Part shown: positions 8,687 through 17,479 of the stretch, piece by piece
Layout of the letters: each line of letters opens with the position of its first letter
How positions within the stretch are numbered: the first letter of the stretch is position 1
Source of the DNA: Candidatus Latescibacterota bacterium
GTDB taxonomy: Bacteria > Latescibacterota > UBA2968 > UBA8231
NCBI GenBank assembly: GCA_036343635.1
Contig: JAYYVF010000066.1
Location: 89,931-153,930 of the forward strand
DNA length: 64,000 nt
Reading direction: 5' to 3'
Position numbers and translations under genes: made by a program
The notes under the pieces: model-generated
Database searches by the model: none
The model's input: the letters and a program-made list of their open reading frames with translations, nothing else
Told to the model about the DNA's origin: nothing

Positions 8687-10095
8687 TGAAATTCAAAACA
8701 AATTTAGTTATAGGTATTGTATTCGCTGCTCTTCTGACTTTTGTCTATCTGTATGAGATCAAAGGTGGAGAAGAACGCCGACAGGCAGCGGAGCAGTCGA
8801 AGAAAATGCTTGATTTCAATGTGTCAGAAGTGACCCAACTGGTAGTGCTAAATGGTGAAGAACGCATAGAGATAAGTCGTGAAGAAAATGATTGGGTTAT
8901 GTTGTCTCCTGTTCAGGACGAAGCGGATTCGGAAGCCGTCGATAGATATTTAAGAAATTTAAACGAATCGGAACGGGAAAAAACGGTTGTTGACAGTGCG
9001 GAGGCTTTGGCCCCCGGTGTGTTCGGTGAGTATGGGTTGGAATCTCCTAGGCTGAGTGTCTTTGTTGAGACAAAACAGGGGCCTCTTGATACGCTTCTTT
9101 TTGGCATTGATGCTCCAACGGATCGTTTTACCTATGTCAGGACGACAGGACCAAACCCCAAGATAGATGTAGTGCGAGCTTGGCGCTATGATAATTTGGA
9201 AAAAACACCGTTTGACCTGCGAAATCGCAAGTTGTCAAATTTGTCGCAGAATGACGTTACCGCAATCCGTAGAGTCAGTGTTGATGCTAAGGATATTGTC
9301 TTAGCTAAGTCTGTTAGCTCATGGCAACTAAAAGCACCGATAATGGCCTCAGCAGATCGTGATAGCGTAGAGGCACTGCTAGGAAATATTCAGAACGCTG
9401 AGATAATTGAGTTTGTCAATGAAAATCCAAATACAAATGATTTGGAACAATATGGGTTAACAATAGATCAGGCTACAAGACTGGATTTTGTTGCAAAGGA
9501 TATAGATGCCGAAGGTGATTTGTTTAGTGGTACGTTTGATGAAATAGATGTCCTGTTTATCGGTCGTAGGGATAAGGATGGTAGATATTTCGCACGTAAT
9601 CCCGAAAGAACGTCGGTTTTCTTAGTCGATTCGACCTTGGTTCAGCAATTGCAATTTTCTGTTTTTGATTTGCGTGATAAAACACCTATTCGATTTTCGC
9701 GAGACCATGTTACCAACATACAGATAAAACGTAATGGAGCTTTTGGCTTTGAAGTTTCGAAGGATACTGCTGGGGTTTGGATTCTGAAAAAACCTGCGGA
9801 AGAACCAGCAAAGTCGTGGAAAGTTAATGCATTGTTGACAGACCTGTTGGATTTAAGGACTCTATCGTTTACAGAAGTTCAACAAGGGGAGTCCATTTTG
9901 GATATATACCTTAATGGGGAGAATGGTATAGTTGCGGAGTTAAAATTTTCCATTAGTGATGGAGAAATTTTCTTAGAAACACCCGAAAGTTTAGAGGCTT
10001 ATCGGATTGATTTGGATAGTTTTGCCGATATAGATCTTGATGTAGATGATGTTCGGCAAGAGGCTACTTTAGTCGATACGGTATCTACGAGGTAG
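8686..10095 (+). CDS. DUF4340-like protein (usual partner downstream of GldG-type genes)
   Basis: N-terminal TM anchor 'LVIGIVFAALLTFVYLY', repeated ~100-aa beta-rich modules, and position directly after the GldG-like gene with a 1-nt overlap. Family assignment rests on context and overall pattern only. Confidence 0.55.
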   Translation: MKFKTNLVIGIVFAALLTFVYLYEIKGGEERRQAAEQSKKMLDFNVSEVTQLVVLNGEERIEISREENDWVMLSPVQDEADSEAVDRYLRNLNESEREKTVVDSAEALAPGVFGEYGLESPRLSVFVETKQGPLDTLLFGIDAPTDRFTYVRTTGPNPKIDVVRAWRYDNLEKTPFDLRNRKLSNLSQNDVTAIRRVSVDAKDIVLAKSVSSWQLKAPIMASADRDSVEALLGNIQNAEIIEFVNENPNTNDLEQYGLTIDQATRLDFVAKDIDAEGDLFSGTFDEIDVLFIGRRDKDGRYFARNPERTSVFLVDSTLVQQLQFSVFDLRDKTPIRFSRDHVTNIQIKRNGAFGFEVSKDTAGVWILKKPAEEPAKSWKVNALLTDLLDLRTLSFTEVQQGESILDIYLNGENGIVAELKFSISDGEIFLETPESLEAYRIDLDSFADIDLDVDDVRQEATLVDTVSTR

Positions 10096-10100
10096 TATTG

Positions 10101-11018
10101 ATGCTTTGGAGCGTAGTTTTTTTTGTCTATTGTTTTGTTGGGCGGGCATCAGGTATGCCTCAAATAGATTTAAGGGCCGATACAACCAGTGTTACTTTGG
10201 GGCAACCCTTAGGAATTGAACTAAAGCTAAAGTATCCTCTGACATATGATTTGCTTAATCCTGATTTGAGGCTTGTGTGGTCAGATGTCGATTTTAGTTT
10301 GACGGAGCTTGTTGGCCCGATAAATATTGACGATAGTCAGCAGATTGTTCTTCATGGTAATATTCAATTCTTTGCGTTGGGACAGCAAACGATACCTCCA
10401 GTAGAATTTCTTTTTTTAGATTCGAAAGAAGACACAATTGTTTCTGAGAGTTTTCCCTTAACGGTTTCCGTTAACAGTGTTCTTTCACAAGATGAAGAGG
10501 AAATTAGAGATATAAAGCCTCCGGTTTATATAACAGGGGGTGTTCCTATTTGGATAGCTATAGTACTTGTCGTTTTGTTATTCATAGTCGTCGCGGGTGG
10601 AGTGTATTTTTTATTTAGACGGTATCGCCACCGTTCTTCGTATGACCTGCATAAAGTTGTAGAAGTAGATTTTGAGGCCGAATTTAATCGGATTGCACAG
10701 ATGGGTTTGTTGGAAAAGGGCGAAATAAAAACGTATTACTCTTTGCTTTCTGACAACTTACGCAAGTTCCTCGAAAAAGTATGGGTCGAAGAAGCAATGG
10801 AGAAAACGACAGGAGAGATCGAGGTTATTTTGCGTAAGCGAAATGTTGACAATGAATTAATTAGACGGACAGGTTTATATTTGTCGACTGCAGATTTAGT
10901 TAAATTTGCCCGTTTTCATCCAGATTTGGATAATGCTAATAATGTTCCCCGTCTTGGTTTGGATATTTTACATAGCTTTGAAAAATTAAATAAGCAGGAA
11001 GAGGAAAATAGCCGATAG
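10101..11018 (+). CDS. Membrane protein: BatD-like N-terminal module + TM + DUF4381-like C-terminal region (the 'hypothetical' slot of Bat operons)
   Basis: 'RADTTSVTLGQPLGIELKLKYP' parallels the BatD N-terminus 'EASVDRTRISQSEPIRYSLRI'. A TM helix 'IWIAIVLVVLLFIVVAGGVYFLF' is followed by RRYRHR. The C-terminal 'TTGEIEVIL...LSTADLVKFARF' parallels the BatD tail 'MTAEDCVRFL...LCDDARFAQ'. Confidence 0.5.
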   Translation: MLWSVVFFVYCFVGRASGMPQIDLRADTTSVTLGQPLGIELKLKYPLTYDLLNPDLRLVWSDVDFSLTELVGPINIDDSQQIVLHGNIQFFALGQQTIPPVEFLFLDSKEDTIVSESFPLTVSVNSVLSQDEEEIRDIKPPVYITGGVPIWIAIVLVVLLFIVVAGGVYFLFRRYRHRSSYDLHKVVEVDFEAEFNRIAQMGLLEKGEIKTYYSLLSDNLRKFLEKVWVEEAMEKTTGEIEVILRKRNVDNELIRRTGLYLSTADLVKFARFHPDLDNANNVPRLGLDILHSFEKLNKQEEENSR

Positions 11019-11037
11019 AAGGCTAAAAGCATAAGCG

Positions 11038-12042
11038 ATGCAAAATCTAAGGTTTGAAAATCCTGAGTGGTTACTTCTTCTTATCCTGTTGCCTTTCCTA
11101 CTCTATGTTTATATCCGCCGGAGGCGTTTTCGACAGAGTAGTGTCCGTTATTCTGACGTCGCTGTTTTTAACAGCCTGAAGGCGCCGCCGTCCATTAGAC
11201 TAAGACACCTGCTGATTGGTTTGAAACTATTGGGTATCGCTTTGTTGATCGTAGCTATGGCACGGCCTCAGGCTGGCAGGTCAAAACGTCAGGTTTCATC
11301 CGATGGTATTGACATCATGCTTACGCTTGATGTTTCAAGTAGTATGGAACTTAATGATCTAGATAATGGCGAGCGTACTCGTTTACAAGTAGCAAAACAG
11401 GTGGTGAGTGATTTTATCAGTGGTCGTCAAAATGACCGTATCGGTATGGTGGTGTTTGCCGGAGAAAGTTTTACGCAATGTCCATTAACACTGGATTATA
11501 AAATATTACTCGAATTTTTAAAAGGGATACCAATTGCGGAAAAAAGTTGGGATGGTACTGCAATTGGTATGGCTTTGATTAATGCAGTTAATAGGCTACG
11601 TGAAGCCGAAGGTCGAAGTCAGGTAATTATTTTATTGACGGATGGAGTTAATAATGCGGGTGAGATTGACCCACAAACGGCAGCAGAAACAGCTGACGCT
11701 GTCGGTGTTCGGGTATATACGATTGGGATAGGTAGCGATGGATCTATACGCCGTGCTGTGCCGGGTATTTTTGGTGCCAGATATCAAAATGTCGATGTTG
11801 AAATTGACGAAGAGACGTTACGTATTGTTGCGGAAAAAACAGGTGGAAAGTACTATCGTGCAACGAGCGAAGAAAAGCTTGAACAAATTTATGAAGAGAT
11901 CGGACAATTAGAACGTACCGAGATAACGTCCGAAATCCATGTGGAATACTCTGAACGTTATACATTGTTTCTCTGGGCCGGATTGCTTTTGCTACTTTGT
12001 GAGATCCTTTTGTCTAATACTAGGTTTCGTAGTTTACCATGA
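11038..12042 (+). CDS. batA: VWA-domain membrane protein BatA
   Basis: 'LRFENPEWLLLLILLP' N-terminus, VWA MIDAS motif 'LTLDVSSSM', 'IILLTDGVNNAG', a C-terminal TM helix, and operon context. Confidence 0.85.
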   Translation: MQNLRFENPEWLLLLILLPFLLYVYIRRRRFRQSSVRYSDVAVFNSLKAPPSIRLRHLLIGLKLLGIALLIVAMARPQAGRSKRQVSSDGIDIMLTLDVSSSMELNDLDNGERTRLQVAKQVVSDFISGRQNDRIGMVVFAGESFTQCPLTLDYKILLEFLKGIPIAEKSWDGTAIGMALINAVNRLREAEGRSQVIILLTDGVNNAGEIDPQTAAETADAVGVRVYTIGIGSDGSIRRAVPGIFGARYQNVDVEIDEETLRIVAEKTGGKYYRATSEEKLEQIYEEIGQLERTEITSEIHVEYSERYTLFLWAGLLLLLCEILLSNTRFRSLP

Positions 12043-12051
12043 GTTTTGATA

Positions 12052-13080
12052 ATGCGATTTGAAAATCCCCCAATTTTTTGGCTTTTATTGTGTTTGCCAA
12101 TGTTGGTCGCTTTTTTTTTGTGGTCGATACGAGATAGACGGAATTCTTTAAAGCGTTTTGCCGATCTGGCCATAGTAAACCAACTTACGCGTGATCTTAG
12201 CCGTACGCGACAATATGCTAAATATATATTGATAACAGGTGGTTTCTTCTTTTCTATATTGTCACTTGCAGGGCCACAGTTTGGAGCAGAATTGAAGATA
12301 TCTCAGCGTACAGGATCTGATGTTGTTGTTGTATTGGATGTGTCTCGAAGTATGTTAGCTGAGGATTTAAAACCCAGTCGCTTGGTACATGCGAAACAAC
12401 AAATTCGCGAATTATTGGATAGTTTGGAGGGCGATCGGGTTGCGTTAGTGGTTTTTGCCGGCCAGGCCTTTGTTCAATGTCCATTAACGCTGGATTATAG
12501 TGCTATAGAGATGTTTTTAGATGTGGTTGATGCAGGAATGATTCCTGTTCAGGGTACTGCAATTGGAGATGCGGTACGTTTGGCGGGTGACTGCTTTGAT
12601 GATAAAGAGGGGCAGCACAAAGTCGTGGTTTTATTTACGGATGGAGAGGAACACGTAGGAGATCCAATAAAGATTGCGAATGAGTTGGCAGAAGAGGATG
12701 TACGGATCTTTGCAGTGGGGCTTGGCACAAACGATGGGGAATTGATCCCTCAGGGTGAAACGGGAGGAGGACGCAGTTATCACAAAGATAAAGCTGGTAA
12801 TTACGTTAAGACTAGACTGGATGAAGAGACTCTAACTTCTATTTCATTGGCGACTGATGGAGACTACTTTCGTTCCACACAAAAAGGTAAAGAGTTGTCC
12901 GTTATTTCTGAACAAATATCTAATATGGATCAACGGGAATTTACATCGGCACCGACGACAAACTTTGAAGATAGATTTCAAATACCTTTGTTTTTTGCTC
13001 TTATTCTTTTCCTCTCTGAAGCTTTCCTAGGTGATCGGCGGGTAATTAGTAATATTTGGAAAGGTCGATTCGAAAGTTGA
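12052..13080 (+). CDS. batB: VWA-domain membrane protein BatB
   Basis: 'MRFENPPIFWLLLCLP', MIDAS 'VVLDVSRSM', 'VVLFTDGEEHVG'. It is a paralog of BatA. I prefer ATG 12052 over TTG 12046. Confidence 0.85.
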   Translation: MRFENPPIFWLLLCLPMLVAFFLWSIRDRRNSLKRFADLAIVNQLTRDLSRTRQYAKYILITGGFFFSILSLAGPQFGAELKISQRTGSDVVVVLDVSRSMLAEDLKPSRLVHAKQQIRELLDSLEGDRVALVVFAGQAFVQCPLTLDYSAIEMFLDVVDAGMIPVQGTAIGDAVRLAGDCFDDKEGQHKVVVLFTDGEEHVGDPIKIANELAEEDVRIFAVGLGTNDGELIPQGETGGGRSYHKDKAGNYVKTRLDEETLTSISLATDGDYFRSTQKGKELSVISEQISNMDQREFTSAPTTNFEDRFQIPLFFALILFLSEAFLGDRRVISNIWKGRFES

Positions 13081-13088
13081 AAAAGATT

Positions 13089-13751
13089 ATGAGAATATCG
13101 GTTTTTGTGGCTGTCTGGTTTTTTAGTAGCGCCTCTACGATTGGAGATCCGGTGGCCTCAAAGAGTGCCGAGGCAAAAGATTTGTACGATAAGGGCAATT
13201 TTGATGACGCATTGCGTCTTTATCGGGATGCTCAGTTAGAGCGGCCCAATTCTGCACATTTAAATTTTAATGTTGGAAATGCTCTTTTTAAAAAGGGAGA
13301 TTTTGAGTCGGCTGTTGATGAATTTAATCAATCGGCAGAGCGCTCCAGTGAAAATTTGAAATCAAGATCACTTTATAATGTGGGTAATGCTTTGTATCTA
13401 CAGCAGCAGTATGAAAAAGCTGCTGAATCATATCGAGAGGCATTGAGGATTAATCCAAATGATGAAGATTTCAAGGCAAATTTAGAGTTGGCTCTCAGAA
13501 AGATGCAGGAGCAAGAGCAGCAGGAGCAAGAGCAAGAGGAGCAAGAGCAAGAGGAGCAAGAGCAGCAGGAGCAAGAGCAGCAGGAGCAAGAGCAGCAGGA
13601 GCAAGAGCAGCAGCAGCGAACTGCTGAAGAAGTTGACCAAATGGGTGAACAAGATGCCGAACAACTTCTGGATGCGTTAAAGGATCGTGAAAAAGATTCC
13701 CAGCGACGTCGTTTTCGAGCTACAGGAGAGACTCATGGTAAGGATTGGTGA
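13089..13751 (+). CDS. batC: TPR protein BatC with a Gln/Glu-rich low-complexity tract
   Basis: Signal or TM segment 'MRISVFVAVWFFSSAS'. TPR units at 'AKDLYDKGNFDDALRLYRDA', 'NVGNALFKKGDFESAVDEF' and 'NVGNALYLQQQYEKAAESYREALRINP'. It sits after batB. ATG 13089 is preferred over track start 13056. Confidence 0.75.
   Translation: MRISVFVAVWFFSSASTIGDPVASKSAEAKDLYDKGNFDDALRLYRDAQLERPNSAHLNFNVGNALFKKGDFESAVDEFNQSAERSSENLKSRSLYNVGNALYLQQQYEKAAESYREALRINPNDEDFKANLELALRKMQEQEQQEQEQEEQEQEEQEQQEQEQQEQEQQEQEQQQRTAEEVDQMGEQDAEQLLDALKDREKDSQRRRFRATGETHGKDW
13509..13616 (+). repeat. In-frame tandem repeat: 7 copies of the 15-nt unit GAGCAAGAGCA(G/A)(C/G)AG plus an extra CAG, encoding (EQEQQ/EQEQE)n inside batC
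   Basis: Read directly from the sequence. The antisense poly-Leu ORF 13482..13664 in the track is an artefact of this repeat. Confidence 0.9.
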
Positions 13752-13754
13752 ATT

Positions 13755-15551
13755 ATGAGGATTAGCGCCAATTTTTGGATGATTTTTTTGCTGGTATCTC
13801 CAGTTGTAGCGCAAGAAATACAATTTGAAGCAAGTGTAGATCGTACACGTATTTCTCAATCAGAGCCAATTAGATATTCGTTGCGAATTATTTCTGATGA
13901 AAATATGTCTCATGTTCCGTCTCCTGTGCTCTCTATGGATGGGTTTCATGTAGAAGGCCCGTCAGTGAGTACCCGGATGGAAATGATAAATTTTAATACG
14001 AGCTTTACGCGTGAATTGACCTACCTCTTATATGCTAAGAAGGCAGGGAATTTTCGAATAGAGCCAGCAGAGATTATACTGGGAGGTGAAATTTATAAAA
14101 CGCGGTCAATAGACATAGAAGTTGGGCAGGTCCAACAGCGCCAGGCGCGATCTACAGGTGCGAATAAGGGTTTTGACATAAATGAACATTTGTATTTGCG
14201 AGTAAATATCGACCGTAAAAAGGTTTTTGTGGGTCAACAGCTCAACGTTGATTTTGATTTGTTTTATCGGCATCAGTTGTATAATGTGGGATTTAAAGAG
14301 ATACCTGGTTTTTCAGGTTTTTGGAATAAGGAGCTATGGGTGGCCAAGCAGTTAGAGCCTCATCGCCAAGTAGTGGAGGGCATTTCATTCAATGTAGCTC
14401 CTCTACGTGTTATGGCTCTTTTCCCAACACGCGCGGGAGTTCATCATATTGAACCGATGACGATAACGTGTGATATCCCTGCTCGTAGGACAAGCAGAGG
14501 TAATATGCTGGACAATTTTTTTTCGTCAGATCCATTTGGAAGATCTCAAAGTATTTTGATTCAGAGTGATTCGTTGTCAATTGATGTTATGTCTCTGCCT
14601 GAACGTGGTCGTCCGGTGTTTTTTACCGGCGTTGTTGGCCATTTCAACCTTTCGGCAATAATAACACCTAACCAGGTTCGGGTAGGAGATCCTGTTACAT
14701 TACGGATAGAAATTTCTGGTGAAGGTAATTTTGCTGCTATAAAAGGTGTTGATTTAGATACTCCCGAGGGAGTGAAACTTTACGATCCAACTATTGAAGA
14801 AGAAGAAACGCTTGTAAAGAGACGATACGGTGGTCGCCGTACCTATGAGTATATTTTAATTCCTCAAAGGGTGGGCATCCTTAAAGTTCCTCCCGTGAAG
14901 TTTGCATATTTTAATCCCGATTTGGAGGAATATATCACTCTTAAATCAGATACAATGTTCGTTCGGTGTGAAGAAGGCGACATGCAAGAAGAGAATGAAA
15001 ATGTGTATAGTCTGAAGAGAGCGGATATCGAACGGGTGGGAAGGGATATTCGTTACATTAAACCTGATTTGAATCAGTGGATGGTACCAACGGTTTTTTA
15101 TGAATCACAGCTTTTTTGGTTAGCGCAGATATTTGTTCCAATATCTTTTGGAATATTATTCGGTGTAAATAAGCATCGCCAGCGTTTGCAAGGAGATTTA
15201 GCATATGCTCGTCGGCGACGTGCGCGCGGAGAGGCGCTAAAGCAGTTAGAACATGTGGACAAATTATTATTATCCGGGGATTCAAATGTTTATTACGCAG
15301 GAGTTCAACATACACTTAAGGAATTTTTGGGAGACAGATTTAATGTTCCTTCGGCAGGTATGACAGCTGAAGATTGCGTGAGGTTTTTGACAAATGCAGA
15401 GGTCCCAACAGAGCTGATAGAGGAAACGCGGTTACTGTTTTCTCTCTGCGATGATGCTCGTTTTGCCCAAAAAAAGGTAAGCATTCAGGAGATGAAAAGA
15501 GTGCGAATTCAACTTGAGGAATTGATTGAATCCTTGGAGCAGCAAGTATGA
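13755..15551 (+). CDS. batD: BatD ('oxygen tolerance') family protein
   Basis: Signal peptide, repeated beta-sandwich modules, a late TM helix 'LFWLAQIFVPISFGILFGV' followed by 'RRRRARGEALKQL', size ~600 aa, and its position between batC and batE. Confidence 0.8.
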   Translation: MRISANFWMIFLLVSPVVAQEIQFEASVDRTRISQSEPIRYSLRIISDENMSHVPSPVLSMDGFHVEGPSVSTRMEMINFNTSFTRELTYLLYAKKAGNFRIEPAEIILGGEIYKTRSIDIEVGQVQQRQARSTGANKGFDINEHLYLRVNIDRKKVFVGQQLNVDFDLFYRHQLYNVGFKEIPGFSGFWNKELWVAKQLEPHRQVVEGISFNVAPLRVMALFPTRAGVHHIEPMTITCDIPARRTSRGNMLDNFFSSDPFGRSQSILIQSDSLSIDVMSLPERGRPVFFTGVVGHFNLSAIITPNQVRVGDPVTLRIEISGEGNFAAIKGVDLDTPEGVKLYDPTIEEEETLVKRRYGGRRTYEYILIPQRVGILKVPPVKFAYFNPDLEEYITLKSDTMFVRCEEGDMQEENENVYSLKRADIERVGRDIRYIKPDLNQWMVPTVFYESQLFWLAQIFVPISFGILFGVNKHRQRLQGDLAYARRRRARGEALKQLEHVDKLLLSGDSNVYYAGVQHTLKEFLGDRFNVPSAGMTAEDCVRFLTNAEVPTELIEETRLLFSLCDDARFAQKKVSIQEMKRVRIQLEELIESLEQQV

Positions 15552-16291
15552 TTTTGTTGGTTTTATTTTTTCTGTCGTCCTTGTCAGAAGTGAGATCTCA
15601 AACTGTCGCAATGGGATTGTATAATGAGGCAAACTCTCATTACAGGGATGGAGAGTTTGCCTCAGCTATTGCCCGATACGAACGAGCCGTAGAATCCGGC
15701 GGAATAAATCCCCTATTATTTTATAATTTGGGTAATGCTTATTTTGAAAATGGAAATGTCGGGAAAGCGATATTGTGGTATGAAAGAGCTAAAAAATTGT
15801 CCCCCCGCGATGAAGATATACAGGCGAATCTACGTTTTGCTCGCGAGGTAAAGAAGGATCGGGAGCCTGATGACACAGGCGACATAGAGAGGTTGTTCGG
15901 TGATTTTTTCAACTTTCCAACAATGAATGAATTAAGCTTGGTTTTTTCCTTTAGCTGGGTTTGTTTATTTGTAATAGCGGGTTGGTGTTTATGGTATAAT
16001 AGATGGAAGGGAAAATCGACAGTATTGTTGGTGATTTTTGTGGTTCTTTCTTTATTCTCTGGTGGTTGGATGCTTTTGCGAATCTACTTTTTGATGGGAG
16101 AGAAACCAGCAATTGTAATGAATGATGTCGTCACTGCTCGTAGTGGGCCTGGGATAACTCAGACGGAAGTTTTTGTTGTTCATGAGGGGACCAAGGTTTT
16201 TGTGAAAAGAGGAGAAAACGAGTGGGTTTTGGTTCGTCTGCACAATGGAATGGGGGGATGGGTACTAGCTTCCCAAATAGAATCAATTTAG
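15548..16291 (+). CDS. batE: BatE-like protein: TPR + TM helices + C-terminal SH3-like domain
   Basis: TPR units 'YNEANSHYRDGEFASAIARYERAV' and 'YNLGNAYFENGNVGKAILWYERAKKLSP'. Two TM helices. The C-terminal 'ARSGPGITQTEVFVVHEGTKVFVKRGENEWVLVRLHNGMGGWV' resembles bacterial SH3. ATGA overlap with batD. Confidence 0.75.
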   Translation: MILLVLFFLSSLSEVRSQTVAMGLYNEANSHYRDGEFASAIARYERAVESGGINPLLFYNLGNAYFENGNVGKAILWYERAKKLSPRDEDIQANLRFAREVKKDREPDDTGDIERLFGDFFNFPTMNELSLVFSFSWVCLFVIAGWCLWYNRWKGKSTVLLVIFVVLSLFSGGWMLLRIYFLMGEKPAIVMNDVVTARSGPGITQTEVFVVHEGTKVFVKRGENEWVLVRLHNGMGGWVLASQIESI

Positions 16292-16372
16292 TAGGCGAAA
16301 CATTGCAATGTGCGTGAAAAATTACGATTTTCTACGCATAATAATTAAAAAAAATGGGAGAGATCATTTTAA

Positions 16373-17428
16373 ATGGAAAAGCTTAAGGTTGGAGTCATTG
16401 GGGTCGGTGGGATTGCTCGGACACATATGCCGGGTTGGGATGCTTCGAGTAATGCAGAAGTTGTCGCGGGATGTGATTTAAATTCTGAAGTGCTTAAGCA
16501 GTGGGGAAATGAACATAGTGTAAAAAAATTACATTCTGACCCAGCCGTTTTATTTGATGATTCAGACATTGATATCATTGATGTCTGTACTCCCAACATG
16601 TATCATGCTCCTTTGAGTATTGCTGCTCTGGAGGCTGGTAAGCATGTTTTGTGTGAAAAACCACTTGCACCAACGCCTGATGATATTCGCAGCATGATTG
16701 ATGCTCGTGATAAGTCCGGTAAGATGTTAATGACTGCTCAGCATTTTCGATATCAGGGATCCTCAATGGCTATGAAGGCCGAATTAGATACAGGATCTTT
16801 AGGACAGATTTATCATGCTCGTAGTTGGATGCTGCGCCGTGCAGGTGCGCCAACAGGTGGAGGGTTTATTCTTAAAGAGCACAGTGGTGGTGGTCCGTGT
16901 ATTGATATCGGGGTTCATATCTTAGATTTAACTCTATGGTTTATGGGAAACCCAGAACCTGTTGCGGTAACTGGTGTTGCGCGCGCTGAACTGGCTAACC
17001 AAAGCGGGACCTTTAGTCAGTGGGGTCGCAATGAAATTCCTCCTGAATATGACGTAGAAGATTTTGCCGCTGCATTTGTTCGCTTTGAAAATGGGGCTAC
17101 TCTTGTACTGGAAGTAAGTTGGTTGCTACATCATGACACCCAAGGTGAAGACATGCAAATGTGGCTGTATGGTACTGACGGAGGAGCTCATTGGCCTAAG
17201 TGTGAGATCTATGAAAGTAATCTTAAAACGCGACAGCAGTATAATCGAGAACTTAAATTGATGTATGACGGTCTGGAAGCACATGCGGAAGAATGTGTCG
17301 ACTTTGCTAAAGCAATTACTGAAAACTTACCATCGCCTGTCCCCGCTGAACAGTCGCTACAGGTCTTGAAAATATTGGACGGGATTTACCGAAGTCAATC
17401 ATCCGGCGGAGAAGTTCAGTTGGACTAA
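16373..17428 (+). CDS. Gfo/Idh/MocA family NAD(P)-dependent oxidoreductase
   Basis: Rossmann N-terminus 'KVGVIGVGGIARTH', 'DVCTPNMYHAPLSIAALEAGKHVLCEKPLA', and a GGGAGAG SD upstream. Confidence 0.85.
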   Translation: MEKLKVGVIGVGGIARTHMPGWDASSNAEVVAGCDLNSEVLKQWGNEHSVKKLHSDPAVLFDDSDIDIIDVCTPNMYHAPLSIAALEAGKHVLCEKPLAPTPDDIRSMIDARDKSGKMLMTAQHFRYQGSSMAMKAELDTGSLGQIYHARSWMLRRAGAPTGGGFILKEHSGGGPCIDIGVHILDLTLWFMGNPEPVAVTGVARAELANQSGTFSQWGRNEIPPEYDVEDFAAAFVRFENGATLVLEVSWLLHHDTQGEDMQMWLYGTDGGAHWPKCEIYESNLKTRQQYNRELKLMYDGLEAHAEECVDFAKAITENLPSPVPAEQSLQVLKILDGIYRSQSSGGEVQLD

Positions 17429-17479
17429 ATCATAATAGTACGAATGGGATTTTAGCTGCATTTTTTTCAGCCCAATATT

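Noticed and set aside
13509-13616. Possible CRISPR or other non-coding repeat array
   Set aside because: The units are 15 nt, contiguous with no spacers, in frame and inside a CDS. This is a coding low-complexity tract.
13482-13664. Antisense 60-aa poly-leucine ORF
   Set aside because: It is a mirror image of the GAG/CAA/CAG repeat in batC and is not a gene.
16292-16372. Imperfect hairpin GCGTGAAAA...TTTTC(T)ACGC after batE as a terminator
   Set aside because: The stem is AT-rich with a bulge and is followed by an A-run rather than a U-run. The evidence is insufficient.
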